A stretch of 64,000 nucleotides of DNA from Octopus vulgaris (Eukaryota), in assembly GCA_951406725.2 (NCBI GenBank), contig OX597843.1, forward strand, positions 17,112,001-17,176,000, given 5' to 3'. This document shows, piece by piece, positions 47,894 to 62,038 of the stretch. The notes under the pieces were generated by a model. It did no database searches. It was not told the DNA's origin and saw nothing but the letters and a program-made list of their open reading frames with translations. How positions within the stretch are numbered: the stretch's first letter is position 1; every line of letters starts with the position of its first letter. A program made the translations under genes and the position numbers.

Positions 47894-50864
47894 GAACGTC
47901 ATCGTCTTACTGCAGATAACCATATTCGTCCTCCCCTTCTTCTCTCCCCCACTTTACTGCTTCACCATCATCATCATCACCATCACCACCAACATCATCC
48001 TTGTTAGAAACTTCACATCTTCTGGCCGGTTAGAAGCATACGGCCTGGGCTCTTTTGCACTGGGGGTGCAAATGAAAACATCTGATAAAACAAAAAACGA
48101 AAGAAACCATTGTTACAGTTAATCAGGCGTACATGGTTGTGTTATATCAAATCAATTGGAAATTGCTCAAAAAGTATAGGCCATGTTTTAACGGCAGGTG
48201 CAGGCTCTACCTGGGAAGAGAATTATCTTGAAGAATTCACTTCACTGGAGGCCTTGTAGAAACCACATCTTCACATTTTCTCTTTTATGTCAGCTTAAAC
48301 TAATCCGCTCCTCTCCACTCCCTGAAAGCTGGACTAAATTGTCCTTTATGTGGTATTTTGTTGCATCAATGTAATTGATTTGTCCCCTCCTGCAAAGTGT
48401 CTGCCCCTTGTTTGCAAAATCTGAAACCATTATTATTATTATCATTATCACTAGCTGACCCTGTGTCGTCAAAAATGACGGCTGATCGTAGTATTTCATA
48501 TATAGATAAGGTACATAATAATCCTAGATACAAGCATTCACATACTTCCCTTGTACATGTACACACATAAACTCGGAGTTGAAATGCTGTTTGATTTTTC
48601 TTTTCAGCATTGAACATTCACCATCCCATTTCCATTACACACACACACACATTCACATACCTTCCTTTTACATACATACACATATACTCACACAGAGTTG
48701 AAATGCTGATATTTTTTTTTATCACCCCTTCCTTTCTCCGTTGCTATTACTTTCTCTCACTCCATCTCAGTCACAGCTATTACTCTCACTACTTCTCCTT
48801 CACTGAATTACTATTTTCTCTCTCCTCTCCCTTCACTTATACTACTCTTACTCCTACTCCGTCCTACTCCTACTCTGTGATCTTGAACAAATATATATAC
48901 ATATATATATACACAAATATATAAAAATACTACAATCGTTATTATATTAGGAAATTATTATTATTCAGATGGTAAGCTGGCAGAATCGTTAGCACACTGG
49001 GCAAAATGCTTAGCAGTATTTCGTGTATCTGAGTTCAAATTCTGTTGAGGTTGGCTTTGCCTTTCATCCTTTCAGGGTCAATAAAATAAGTACCAGTTAT
49101 GTACTGGGGTCGATGTAATCGACTTATCCCCTCCCTCAAATTTGCTGGCCCTGTGCCAAAATTTGAAATCATTATTATTATTATTATTACTCTTTTACTT
49201 GTTTCAGTCATTTGACTGCGGCCATGCTGGAGCACCGCCTTTAATCGAGCAAATCGACCCTGGGACTTATTCTTTTATAAGCCCAGTACTTATTCTCTCG
49301 GTCTCTTTTGCCGAACCGCTAAGTGACGGTGACGTAAACACACCAGCATCGGTTGTCAAGCAATGCTAGGGGGACAAACACAGACACACAAACATACACG
49401 CACACACACATATATATATACATATATACGACGGCTTTCTTTCAGTTTCCGTCTACCAAATCCACTCACAAGGCACTGGTCGGCCCGGGCCTATAGCAGA
49501 ATACACTTGCCCAAGGTGCCACGCAGTGGGACTGAACCCGGAACCATGTGGCTGGTTAGCAAGCTACTTACCACACAGCCACTCCTTAGCATTGACAGTG
49601 GATGGTTGAATTGGAAGAGTTTAAAGCAAGATACCTTGTGGTGTTTTATTTTGTTTCCCTTTCCTTATCGGTTTCGTAGGACAGTGGCCAGGCTAGGTGC
49701 TGAGGTTTTTTTTTTCCCCTGCCCATTAGGGCTTGAGCTTCCTCCAGTAATCGACTGGGGGTACTTTTACTGACCCAAAGAAGATGGACGGCAAAGTCCA
49801 CCCTGGCAGGAACCTAACTCGGGATATGAAAGGGACAAAAAACTGAATGAAGATCAGATTGAGATTTGATCAACACAAGGACGTAACTGAATAAGGTATT
49901 TTGTTATTTGGCGACGACCTGGCAGAATCGTTAGTACGCCAGGTGAAATGCTTAACGGTATTTCGTCTGCCATTACGTTCTGAGTTCAAATTCCGCCGAG
50001 GTCGACTTTGCCTTTTATCCTTTCGGGGTTGATAAATTAAGTACCAGTTACGCACTGGGGTCATTATAATCGACTTAATCCGTTTGTCTGTCCTTGTTTG
50101 TCCTCTCTGTGTTTAGCCCCTTGTGGGTAGTAAAGAAATAGGTATTTTGTTATTTGTTGGTTGCTCAACCGACCAATTCTGCCCTCCATCATCTCTTTCT
50201 TCTATTTTCTTTATGAGTTGAAATCACAGCAGAGTTGCAGTCAGGTTTTCAAGCTGAGGGGATGGAAACTCTATTTGACTTTTTTCTCTGCCCCCTGGTG
50301 AAGGATTGAATCCAAAACGTTGGATATTCCCCTCCTCACGGCAATTTCACTGGACTTTTTTTTCTATATTTCTTTTAAAGCCACAATGCACTTTTGCTTT
50401 GTTTTAGCCTTTGAACGACACCCTGCCCCCACTAGCTAGTCAGGCGGGCCAACATTCCTCCTGATGGGAAATGGAGTGTTTTGCTCAAGAACACAATGTG
50501 TTGCCCAGCCTGGGAATCGAACCCACGATCTTGCAATCATAATTACAACTCCCTACTGACGAGGCCATGCGCCTTCACACACACACACATGGGATTGGGG
50601 TTGTCTTCCCTCTTTTGTTATCCTTTCACAGAGGAGTTGAGGTAAGGGGTCTGTGAAATGCATACCTGTAATATACTTGGGAGATTATAATCAACTTATC
50701 CTCTCCCCATTCTACTGTTCAACAAATTTGGATTTTTCCCCACCGCCATCCACCCTCATATACAGTGACACCCTACAAATTCCTGTTCCATCACCATCCA
50801 CCCTCATATACGAATTTACCCACCAAAATCTGTATTTTTTCCTTCACATGCACCCCCATCCAGC

Positions 50865-51500
50865 TACCCCTTACAAACCAGTATTGCTCTACCCTTCATT
50901 GCCATCCATCCCTTACAAACCTGCATTGCTCTCACTCATCACCACCAGCCACCCTTTACAAACCTGCATTGCTCCATCCTTCAACACATCCACCCTTACA
51001 GCCAACCATCCTTTCCACACCTATATTGCTCCACTCCTTGTCACAATCCACCCCTTACAAACCTGCATTGCTCCACCATCATATCAAGATACCCCTTGCA
51101 AACCCATATTGCTCCATCCTTCAACATATCCACCCTTATAGCCAAACCATCCTCTCCACTCCTTGTCACAATCCACCCCTTACAAACCTGCATTGCTCCA
51201 CGATCATATCAAGGTACCCCTTGCAAACCCACATTGCTCCATCCTTCAACACATCCACCCTTATATCCAACCATCCGTTTCAAACCTGTATTGCTCCACT
51301 CCTTGTCACAATCCACCCTTATATCCAGCCACCCCTTACAAACCTGCATTGCTCCACGATCATATCAAGGTACCCCTTGCAAACCCACATTGCTTCATTC
51401 TTCATCACATCCACCCTTATAGCCAACCATCCGTTTCAAACCTGTATTGCTCCACTCCTTGTCACAATCCACCCTTATATCCAGCCACCCTTTTACGAAC
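50865..51500 (+). repeat. Degenerate C-rich composite tandem repeat (CCCCTTACAAACCTGCATTGCTCCA...)
   Basis: Recurring ~35-40-bp subunits arranged in larger periodic blocks. Confidence 0.85.
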
Positions 51501-51924
51501 CTCTAATGCTCTCGTAAAGAGCAACAACAAACTTTTGTCTTTGTTGTTACCAAATTCTTTGTTTCTGTTTTCTCTTCTTTGTAAATAAATGAGATGAGAC
51601 CATCCTAAAACAAAAAACACACAAGATGCAACCATCCCAATCAGAGGTTCAAATCTCAGCTAAGAAGACAAAATCTTTTTCTCCCCAATTCTTTTTTTTT
51701 TTATTTTTTATTCCAATAAAAGATTATCTTCGTTATTTTCTGACGATCTCGTGTGACGTTTCTTTCTTTAAATGTGTAAATCTTTTTGGTTTTACCTGTT
51801 CCAGTCATTCGATTGCAGCCATGCTGGGGCACCACCTTGGAGGGTCCAGTCAACCAAAGCAGTCCAAGTACTTATTTTCTTTTTTGAGTCTCATATTTAG
51901 TATATATATATGTATGTATATATG

Positions 51925-51959
<35 letters not shown>

Positions 51960-52004
51960 GTATATATATGTATGTATATATGTATATATATGTATGTATA
52001 TATG

Positions 52005-52035
<31 letters not shown>

Positions 52036-52036
52036 G

Positions 52037-52071
<35 letters not shown>

Positions 52072-52621
52072 GTATATATATATATGTATATATATATATG
52101 TATATATATGTATATATATGTATATATATGTGTTATATATGTATATATATATATGTGTATATATATATATGTGTGTATATATATATATGTATATATATAT
52201 ACATGTGTGTATATATATATATATATATATATGTGTATATATATATGTGTATATATATATATGTGTATATATATATATGTGTATATATATGTGTATATAT
52301 ATATGTGTATATATATATATGTGTATATATGTGTATATATATGTATGTGTATATATATGTATGTATATGACTCGTGGCCGATGCCAGCGCCGCCTCGACT
52401 GGCTTCCGTGCCGGTGGCACATAAAATACACCAATCTGACCGTGGCCGTTGCCAGCCTCGCCTGGCACCTGTGCAGGTGGCACGTAAAATGCACCCACTA
52501 CACTCACGGAGTGGTTGGCGTTAGGAAGGGCATCTAGCTGTAGAAACATTGCCAGATAAGACTGGAGCCTGGTGCAGCCTTTTGGCTTCCCAGATCCCCG
52601 GTCGAACCGTCCAACCCATGC

Positions 52622-52666
<45 letters not shown>

Positions 52667-52739
52667 GTGTATGTATATATATGTGTATGTATATATATAT
52701 GTATATATATATATGTATATATATATACATACATATATG

Positions 52740-54880
52740 TGTCCCAGAGAGAAAGGCCACTGTACACAAGAACAAAATCCCCAGAGAGAGGAAAATTTTA
52801 ATGAGACGGCGCACAAAAATTTCAAATCGCCTAAACAAACAAATTGAAAGCAGTGAAAATTCCCGCCTGAAAATAAAACTGTTGGAAATTGAAAAATGTC
52901 TGCAACTCTCCCATGAAAAAGAAAGAGCAGACAAAGAAGCCTGGGCTATAGACAACATAAAATCTAACCCCAGAGCTTTCTACAGGTATGCCAAAGAAAC
53001 AGCTACGGTGCACTGTAGGATAGGGCCACTCCTTGAAAAGGACGGCACACTCACAGGAAATCCAATGAGGGTAAGTAAAATACTAAATGAGCAATTCAAG
53101 AGTATTTTCACTCCACCCCTAGGGCATTTTCAAGTCAGCATTCCAACTGACTTCTTAACCACTGCAGATATAAAATCAGAGGCAGCAATGATTGATTACA
53201 TCAATATAAAGGAAGACGATGTAATAAAGGCTATTGATGAAATGAAAACAAACTCAGCTACTGGCCCCGATGGATTCCCAGCAATCCTTCTAAAAGTATG
53301 TAAGAGAGTCCTAGCAAGACCACTGCAGTTCCTCTTTCAGAGCTTCCTTGCAACTGGCAAACTTCCAAGAAAACTGAAGGAAGGTAAAATATGCCCTTTT
53401 CATAAAGGAGGTAGCAGAGCGGAGGCCAAGAACTACAGACCTATCTCTCTGACCTCACACATCAGCAAGGTCATGGAACGAATAGTCAGAAGGAAACTAA
53501 TCACCTTCCTTGAAGAAAATGACTTGCTGCCTGACACCCAACATGGTTTCCGACCAGGAAGAAGCTGCTTAACTCAGCTCCTACAACACTATGACTGGGT
53601 GCTGAAACGACTGCTCAACCACTCAAATGTGGAAGTCATATATCTTGACTTTGCAAAGGCCTTTGATAAAGTCGATCATGGAATGATATGTCAAACTGCG
53701 TGATCTTGGCATAGTTGGAAAATTGGGAGATGGCTTCATGACTTTCTGAAGGATAGAAGTCAGGTGGTAGTAGCCACTTCCACGCAAATAGTGAGCGGTG
53801 TTCTGCAAGGCACTGTTTTGGGACCACTACTGTTCATAATGGCCCTCTCAGACATGCCCTCAGCCACGCAGAGAGCCACGATCACAAGTTATGCAGATGA
53901 TACAAAAGTTTCACAGGCAATACAGAACCCTGAAGACACTAAGCACCTGCAATATGAGCTGGACGAGATATACAAGTGGGCTGAAAAGAATAGCATGCAG
54001 TTCAATTCTGAAAAGTTTCAAGCTTTATGTTATCAGCATGCAAAACTAAATGCAATACCCAATAAATACACTGGACCTGGAGGGATTGCAATCCCAGAGG
54101 CACAATCAGTGCGAGACCTGGGTATTTACATGAGTGATGATGGAACCTTTCATGTGCATGTTTCTAAATTTGCAATGAAATGTAGGCGGCTGACCGAATG
54201 GATTCTTAGAACGTTTAGAACAAGAGACCAGGAAACCATGATGGTCCTTTGGAGGACACTTGTCCTAAGCCACTTTGACTATTGCTCTCAGCTATGGTCA
54301 CCATCCAGTGTCAAGTTAATCACAGAACTTGAGGCGATCCAATGAAGCTACACGAAGAAGATAGCCTCTGTGCAGCATATAAGCTACTGGGAAAGACTCA
54401 AGAGATTGAGACTCTATTCCTTAGAGCGTAGGCGAGAAAGATATGCCATAATATACATCTGGAAGATCCTAGAACTTGTCCCAAACTTTGGCATCGAGAG
54501 TTACACAAATGCCAGAACTGGGCGCCACTGCATAGTGCCAAGGACTCCAAATTTGCCATCAAGATGTAGGACAAGATACTGTGATAGCTTGGGCTTCAGA
54601 GGCCCACAGCTCTTCAATATCCTCCCGAAGAACCTAAGAGACCTGCATGGGGTGGATGCAGATGTCTTTAAAATAAAACTGGATCTCTTCCTGTCAGGTG
54701 TCCCAGATGAACCAACTTCACGGCAGGAGGTGCAGATGAGGGCAGCTGCATCGAACACTCTCATGCACCAAATGGCAATTGCTAAAAAGCATTCGTGAAG
54801 TAAAATCATGTAGCAACACCAAATGGTGGTGCCCCAGCATGGCCACAGCTTGTGAGCTGAAACTAGATAAAAAAAAATAT
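52740..54880 (+). mobile_element. 5'-truncated CR1-like LINE (RT domain to 3' end), pseudogenised
   Basis: TGPDGFP, NYRPISLTSHISKVMERIV, QHGFRPGRSCLTQLL, YLDFAKAFDKVDH, GVLQGTVLGPLLF, YADDT; frameshift near 53695 and stop at 54343; A-rich tail. Confidence 0.92.
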
Positions 54881-54914
54881 ATATATATACATACAATACA
54901 TTTGAATACAGATA

Positions 54915-56624
54915 TTTGAATAAATTTAAATATCTGTCAAATGGTGGTTTGGGTTTCAATTCCTTCCCAGTCTAAAAGTAATTTTTTTTTTGTTATTAAC
55001 TGAAATAAATTTAAATATCTTTATTTTTTTTACCCCTTGACATTGTTGCTGTTTTGTCTGTTAAATGGTGGTTTGGGTTTCAATTCCTTCCCAGTCTAAA
55101 AATTAATTTCTTGTTATTAAGTGAAGTTGTATTATGATTATAGACAAGTGGCTAGAGATGGTCACAACTGGAGTGTCATTAATTATAATTGGTCTGGTAG
55201 AGTAGAACTAATCTGGAGTAAACAATGAAGCATAGTGTGTGTGTGTGTGTGTGTGAAAAATGGGTCTCAAGACAGCCTTGCTATAGTTACCAAATCTTTT
55301 CATTAGGCACAAAAATTTAAAAAAATTTAAATATCTTTTTTTTTTTTTTACCCTTTAACATTGTTACTGCTTTGTCTGTTAAATGGTGGTTTGGGTTTCA
55401 ATGTCATTCCCAGTCTAAAAATTATTTTTCATTAACTGAAATTGGTCTGGTGGAGTAGAACTAATCTGGAGTAAACAATGACGCATAGTGTGTGTGTGTG
55501 TGTGTGTGAAAAATGGGTCTCAAGACAGCCTTGCCATAGTTACCAAATCTTTTCATTAGTCACAAAAATTTAAATATCTTTATTTTTTTTTACCCTTTAA
55601 CATTGTTGCTGCTTTGTCTGTGGTTTGGGTTTCAATTCCTTCCCAGTCTAAAAATTATAATTTATTAACTGAAATTGGTCTGGTGGAGTAGAACTGATCT
55701 GGAGTAAACAACGAAGCATAGTGTGTGTGTGAAAAATGGGTCTCAAGACAGCCTTGCCATAATTACCAAATTTAAATATCTTTATTTTTTTTTTACCCCT
55801 TAACATTGTTGCTGCTTTGTCTGTTCAATAGTGGTTTGGGTTTCAATGTCTTCCCAGTCTAAAAGTAATTTTTTTTTGGTGGTCTGGGTTTCAATGTCTT
55901 CCCAGTCTAAAAGTAATTTTTTTTGGTGGTCTGGGTTTCAATGTCTTCCCAGTCTAAAAGTAATTTTTTTGGTGGTCTGGGTTTCAATGTCTTCCCAGTC
56001 TAAAAGTAATCTTTTTTTGGTGGTTTGGGTTTCAATGTCTTCCCAGTCTAAAAGTAATTTTTTTTTGGTGGTTTGATGTTTCAATGTCTTCCCAGTCTAA
56101 AAGTAATTTTTTTTTTGTTATTTACTGAAATAGATTTAAATATCTGAATTTTTCCATTAATTTTGTAGCAGCTTCGGTGGCCTAGTAGGTAAGGTGCTAG
56201 AAGTAGTGGCATAATAATGGTTGAGGTTTCAAACCTCTGCCAGGAAATTCATTTTTTTTTCCACTGGAGACAAAAAAGTGAAAAATCTTGATTTCCTGGC
56301 AGAGGCTTGAAACCTCAACCATTATTATGCCACTACTTCTAGCACCTTACCTACTAGGCCACCGAAGCTGCTACAAAATTAATGGAAAAATTCAGATATT
56401 TAAATCTATTTTTGTAAATAACAAAAAAAAATTACTTTTAGACTGGGATGACATTGAAACCCAGACCACCAAAATAAAATTACTTTTAGACTGGGAAGGA
56501 ATTGAAACCCAAACCACCATTGAACAGACAAAGCAGCAACAATGTTAAGGAGTAAAAAAAAAAATAAAGATATTTAAATTTATTTAAATTTGGTAATTAT
56601 GGCAAGGCTGTCTTGAGACCCATT

Positions 56625-56683
<59 letters not shown>

Positions 56684-57396
56684 TACACACTATGCTTCGT
56701 TGTTTACTCCAGATCAGTTCTACTCCACCAGACCAATTTCAGTTAATAAAAAAAAAAATTTTTAGACTGAGAAGGATTTGAAACCCTAACCACCATTTAA
56801 CAGACAAAGCAGCAACAATGTTAAGGGGTAAAAAAAAAAATAAAGATATTTAAATTTATTTAAATTTTAGTGCTTAATGAAAAGATTTGGTAACTATGGC
56901 AAGACTGTCTTGAGACCCATTTTTCACACACACACACACACACACTATGCTTCATTGTTTACTCCAGATCAGTTCTACTCTACCAGGCCAATTATAATTA
57001 ACGACACTCCCATTGTGACCATCTCTAGCCACTTGTCTATAATCATAATACTTCACTTAATAACAAGAAAATAATTTTTAGACTGGGAAGGAATTGAAAC
57101 CCAAACCATCATAGCAACAATGTTAAGGGGAAAATAAAGATATTTACTGAAATGATTTTAAATAACAATCTTTGGACCAGGAAGGAATTGAAACCCAAAC
57201 CACCATAGCAACAATGTTAAGGGGAAAATAAAGATATTTACTGAAATGAATTTAAATAATAATCTTTAGACCAGGTAGGAATTGAAACCCAAACCACCAT
57301 TTAACAGACACAACAGCAACAATGTTAAGGGGAAAATAAAGATATTTAAATTTATTTAAATTTGGTAATTATGGCAAGGCTGTCTTGAGACCCATT

Positions 57397-57434
<38 letters not shown>

Positions 57435-59480
57435 TGCTTCGTTGTTTACTCCAGATCAGTTCTACTCCACCAGACCAATTTCAGTTATAAAAAAAATAAT
57501 TTTTAGACTGAGAAGGATTTGAAACCCTAACCACCATTTAACAGACAAAGCAGCAACAATGTTAAGGGGTAACAAAATAATAAAGATATTTAAATTTATT
57601 TAAATTTTTGTGCTTAATGAAAAGATTTGGTAACTATGGCAAGACTGTCTTGAGACCCATTTTTCACACACACACACACACACACTATGCTTCATTGTTT
57701 ACTCCAGATCAGTTCTACTCTACCAGGCCAATTATAATTAACGACACTCCCATTGTGACCATCTCTAGCCACTTGTCTATAATCATAATACTTCACTTAA
57801 TAACAAGAAAATAATTTTTAGACTGGGAAGGAATTGAAACCCAAACCATCATAGCAACAATGTTAAGGGGAAAATAAAGATATTTACTGAAATGATTTTA
57901 AATAACAATCTTTGGACCAGGAAGGAATTGAAACCCAAACCACCATAGCATCAATGTTAAGGGGAAAATAAAGATATTTACTGAAATGAATTTAAATAAT
58001 AATCTTTAGACCAGGTAGGAATTGAAACCCAAACCACCATTTAACAGACACAACAGCAACAATGTTAAGGGGAAAATAAAGATATTTAAATTTATTTAAA
58101 TTTGGTAATTATGGCAAGGCTGTCTTGAGACCCATTTTTCACACACACACACACACACACTATGCTTCGTTGTTTACTCCACCAGACCAATTTCAGTTAA
58201 TAAAAAATAATTTTTAGACTGGGAAGGAATTGAAACCCAAACCACCATTTAACAGACAAAGCTGTAACAATGTTAAAGGGTAAAAAAAAAATAAAGATAT
58301 TAAAATTTTTGTGCCTAATGAAAAGATTTGGTAACTATGGCAAGGCTGTCTTGAGACCCATTTTTCACACACACACACACACACATGCTTCATTGTTTAC
58401 TCCAGATTAGTTCTACTCTACCATACCAATTATAATTAACGACACTCCAGTTGTGACCATCTCTAGCCACTTGTCTATAATCATAATACTTCACTTAATA
58501 ACAAGAAAATAATTGTTAGACTGGGAAGGAATTGAAACCCAAACCACCATTTAACAGACAAAGCAGCAACAATGTTAAGGGGAAAATAAAGATATTTCAA
58601 TTTATTTCAGTAAATAACAAAAAAAAAAAACTTTTAGACTGGGAAAGAATTGAAACCCAAACCACCATTTAACAGACAAAACAGCAACAATGTTAAGGGG
58701 TAAAAAAAATAAAGATAAATTTATTTCAATTTTTGTGCTTAATGAAAAGATTTGGTAACTATGGCAAGGCTGTCTTGAGACCCATTTTTCACACACACAC
58801 ACACACAATCCCTTTGTTGAGAGAAATTTGGTTGCTGTTTCGAGACTGCTTTGGGGATTCTTATAGGAGCATAAACACACACACACTATGCTTCATTGTT
58901 TACTCCAGATTAGTTCTACTCTACCAGACCAATTATAATTAACGACACTCCTGTTGTGACCATCTCTAGCCACTTGTCTATAATCATAATTGTCGGCATC
59001 CTTTTTGTCTCATAAAAAGTCCAGTCCAGCTTTTACATTTCATGTCCTAATACATCTCCTGCTGTGGCTGTGTAGTCCTATCCTGGACAAACACTCCCTC
59101 TGACAGGTACCGCAAATGTAGCGAAGACTGTTCCTGGCTGGTTGTAATGTCATAGTTTCTTGTTGACGTCTTTTCTTGTCTTTCCATTTCACCTCTCTCT
59201 CTCTCTGTCACTCCTTTGTGTTCCCTCTTTTACGGTACGTCGCCAATCTCCACTGTTGCTGGCAATTGCTTCCCAACCACTAATAATCATAATACAACTT
59301 CACTTAATAACAAGAAAATAATTTTTAGACTGAGAAGGAATTGAAACCCAAACCACCATTTAACAGACAAAACAGCAACAATGTTAAGGGGTAAAAAAAA
59401 TAAAGATATTTAAATTCATTTCAGGTATTAAAAAAATAATAATTTTTAGACTGGGAAGGAATTGAAACCCAAATCACAGA
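54915..59480. repeat. Large modular foldback: tandem-subrepeat arms in opposite orientation around a centre near 56270
   Basis: Left units GGTTTGGGTTTCAATTCCTTCCCAGTCTAAAA versus right units TTTTAGACTGGGAAGGAATTGAAACCCAAACC; core arms 56100-56250 and 56290-56440 are near-perfect; ~47-bp tandem at 55832-56110. Confidence 0.9.
58991..59283 (-). mobile_element. 5'-truncated RTE-type LINE insertion with apparent target-site duplication
   Basis: Minus strand encodes WEAIASNSGDWRRTVKEG...YICGTCQRECLSRIGLHSHSRRC (RTE C-terminal zinc finger); flanked by ATAATCATAAT on both sides. Confidence 0.75.
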
Positions 59481-60104
59481 AATAGAATGAAAAAATGAGA
59501 TATTTAAACCTATCCTAGCTGAAGATCAATAACCAATCACAGAAAAAGGTTTTACGTATCTCTGTTTGTTTGCTCTCCCAAATTAGGGATCTGTTTGGAT
59601 GTCCTTGCAGATAGAGGAATTTCAAGAGCAGTGGAGTGGTGGGGGTGAGTTAAAGGAGGAATTACAACCATGTTTTGTGGTCTGCTACCAGAACAGCTCC
59701 TTTATAGGATCCAGTTAGCTCAAGACATCATGAGGAGGAACCACGTCCGCTTTCGGCCCCTACTCCTCTAGCGGAGGTGTCTTCAGCTCTGGTGTTGGGT
59801 GCATGTTTTTCTTCTTTCTTCTCTTCCCTAACCTCTTCGATGTGACTGACTGACTTGTCAAATTTTTAAATATTTCTTTATTTTTATATTTCTTTAAATA
59901 TTTCTTTATTTTTACCTATCTCCATAGGAAGTAAAAAAAAATCATTTTAAATTTTTATAAAGGCTGTCAATAATGGTCTTTGGAGAGACTGAACCTTGTT
60001 TAGGATGTTTAATATAGTATATGTAGTTACCCACAAGACCACGAAAACAACACTAAATTATACAAAAATGAAGTCATTTAATTTTATATATGAAAATATC
60101 TGCT

Positions 60105-61700
60105 TCTACCACAGAGATCTGCACTTGCGGCCAGCTTCACCCAGCTTCTTTAGTTACCAAGGTGCCCTCCTACCTGACTGGTTCGTTCACTTGTCTGTGT
60201 TCCAACGGGGTGGTAAAGACACTTTTGAACTGGTCATTCAGTATCTCACTGATCTTAGTTGGACTGTCTGTGAGGGAGCCATCCTTTTGGAGGAGGGGTC
60301 CTATCTTGTAGTGTACTGAGACTGTTTCTTTCGCGTAATGAAAGAAGGCCTTTGGGTTTGATTTAATGTTTTTTATAACCCAGGCTTCTTCGTCTGCTTT
60401 CTCCCTCACATAGGATTGTTGCAGCCTTTTTTCGATCTCCATCAGTGTTGTTTTTAGGCAGGATGTTTCGCTACTTTTGGGATGTTGGTTGAGTCGATTT
60501 GCAACCTTTGTCCGTCGTCTCATGAGGATCTTCCTGTCTCTTGGAATCTTGCTCCTATTTGTTTTGGCCTTGTGCTCCGGGACATATTTCTGGCATACAG
60601 CTTGCACAGAAGACATGAAACATTCTAGTTTCATGTCAATGTCTGGTGTGGAGAGACATTCCGGCCAGTCCTCTCTCAGGATTTCTTTTTGGATCGATTT
60701 CCAATCTGCTTTGTGGAAGTTCAGATTGGAGAGATTTCAAGTGCTTCCTTTAGGCTGTATGTCTCTGGTTACTTTTGGCCCAAACATAGACAGCTCTATT
60801 ATGTTGTGATCCGAAACTGATGTCGGTGTCACTTTCACATCATGAATGATGTCTATATTGTTCGTGAAGCAGAGATCCAGAATGTTATTCGCCCTAGTTG
60901 GTTTGAGTACAACTTGCTCCATGAATAAGGCATTGGTGAGGTTGAGCAGGGACTCCACCTGTACTTGCTTGCAATGATTAATTCCTGAGAGTATGTGACC
61001 TTCGGGCCATTTGACGTTGGGGAAGTTGAAATCACCCATAAGAAATATGGTCACGTGGTGTTCCAGATTCATGAGGATTTCTTTAATTCTTGTGAGGCAA
61101 TCTTCAAACTTGCCTATGTGATTTGGGGCATCCGGTGGGCAATATGTATTGCATATGACTATATTATGTTGTTTTATGTATACAATTAGAGTGTCACAAA
61201 CCGAATTTGAGTATGTCAGTAAGACCTGGAGTGTGAGGTCATCTCGGATGTATACAGCAACTCCACCATGGCTCCTCTCCCTTCTGTCTGTTCGCAGTAT
61301 GGCATAGTTTGGTATGTGTACTTCTGCGTCCTCTATATCAGGGTTGAGGTGAGTTTCCACAAGTGCTATGCATAGGGATTGATTGCATGCAGTAAGATCT
61401 CCTAGGAAAGAAATTTTGTTTCTATTTTGATGCAACAGGCCCCCAATATTTAGTAAAAGTATTGGGGTGACGGCTGTGCAGGCGTTAGGGGAGGCCATCC
61501 CGTGTCTGTTGACTGTGGTGGGCAGGGTTCCTTCTTTGTGCTTGGTGTAGCCAGGTTAGTTGCCGGACAATTCTTTGCGCCATGCATAAAAAAGACTCTT
61601 GCTCAGCTGCTGCGTAGCGCAGAACATCTGAGGAGCGCACTTCTATTTTGAATGTTTTCCTGGAAGACATTTCTTGTCTTCCCTCAGTAAAGCTTTCCTC
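60105..61700 (-). mobile_element. CR1-like LINE 5' ORF2 fragment (APE endonuclease plus linker), 3'-truncated
   Basis: LLNIGGL, IALVETHL, RTDRRERSHGGVAVY, LMGDFNFP, PTRANNILDL, SDHNII; downstream [15 protein letters not shown] is homologous to the 52740 copy. Confidence 0.9.
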
Positions 61701-62038
61701 TTTGAGTCATATATATACATAGATAGATACATATATATACACACATACATATATATACACACATACATATACATACACACATACATATACATACATATAT
61801 AATTTAAATAAATAAATAAAATAAATTATATATATATATATATATATATTAATAATTTTTAACTTTAAATTTTGAATTTTATATTTTATATATATTGTAT
61901 ATTATATTAATTTTATTTCTATGTTTTGGTTTATGTTTTTCACTGTTTTATTTGCCTAATATTGGTTTTATCTCTAATTTAATTTATATTTATACAGATA
62001 TATACATACATACATATCTATATATACATACACATCTA

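Noticed and set aside
56168-56246. tRNA gene
   Set aside because: A/B-box-like motifs are present but I could not fold a convincing acceptor or anticodon stem; treated as a tRNA-derived repeat. The same applies to the SINE heads.
52740-61700. One LINE split and inverted around the foldback
   Set aside because: The two pieces overlap in the linker region and are clearly diverged there, so they are independent insertions.
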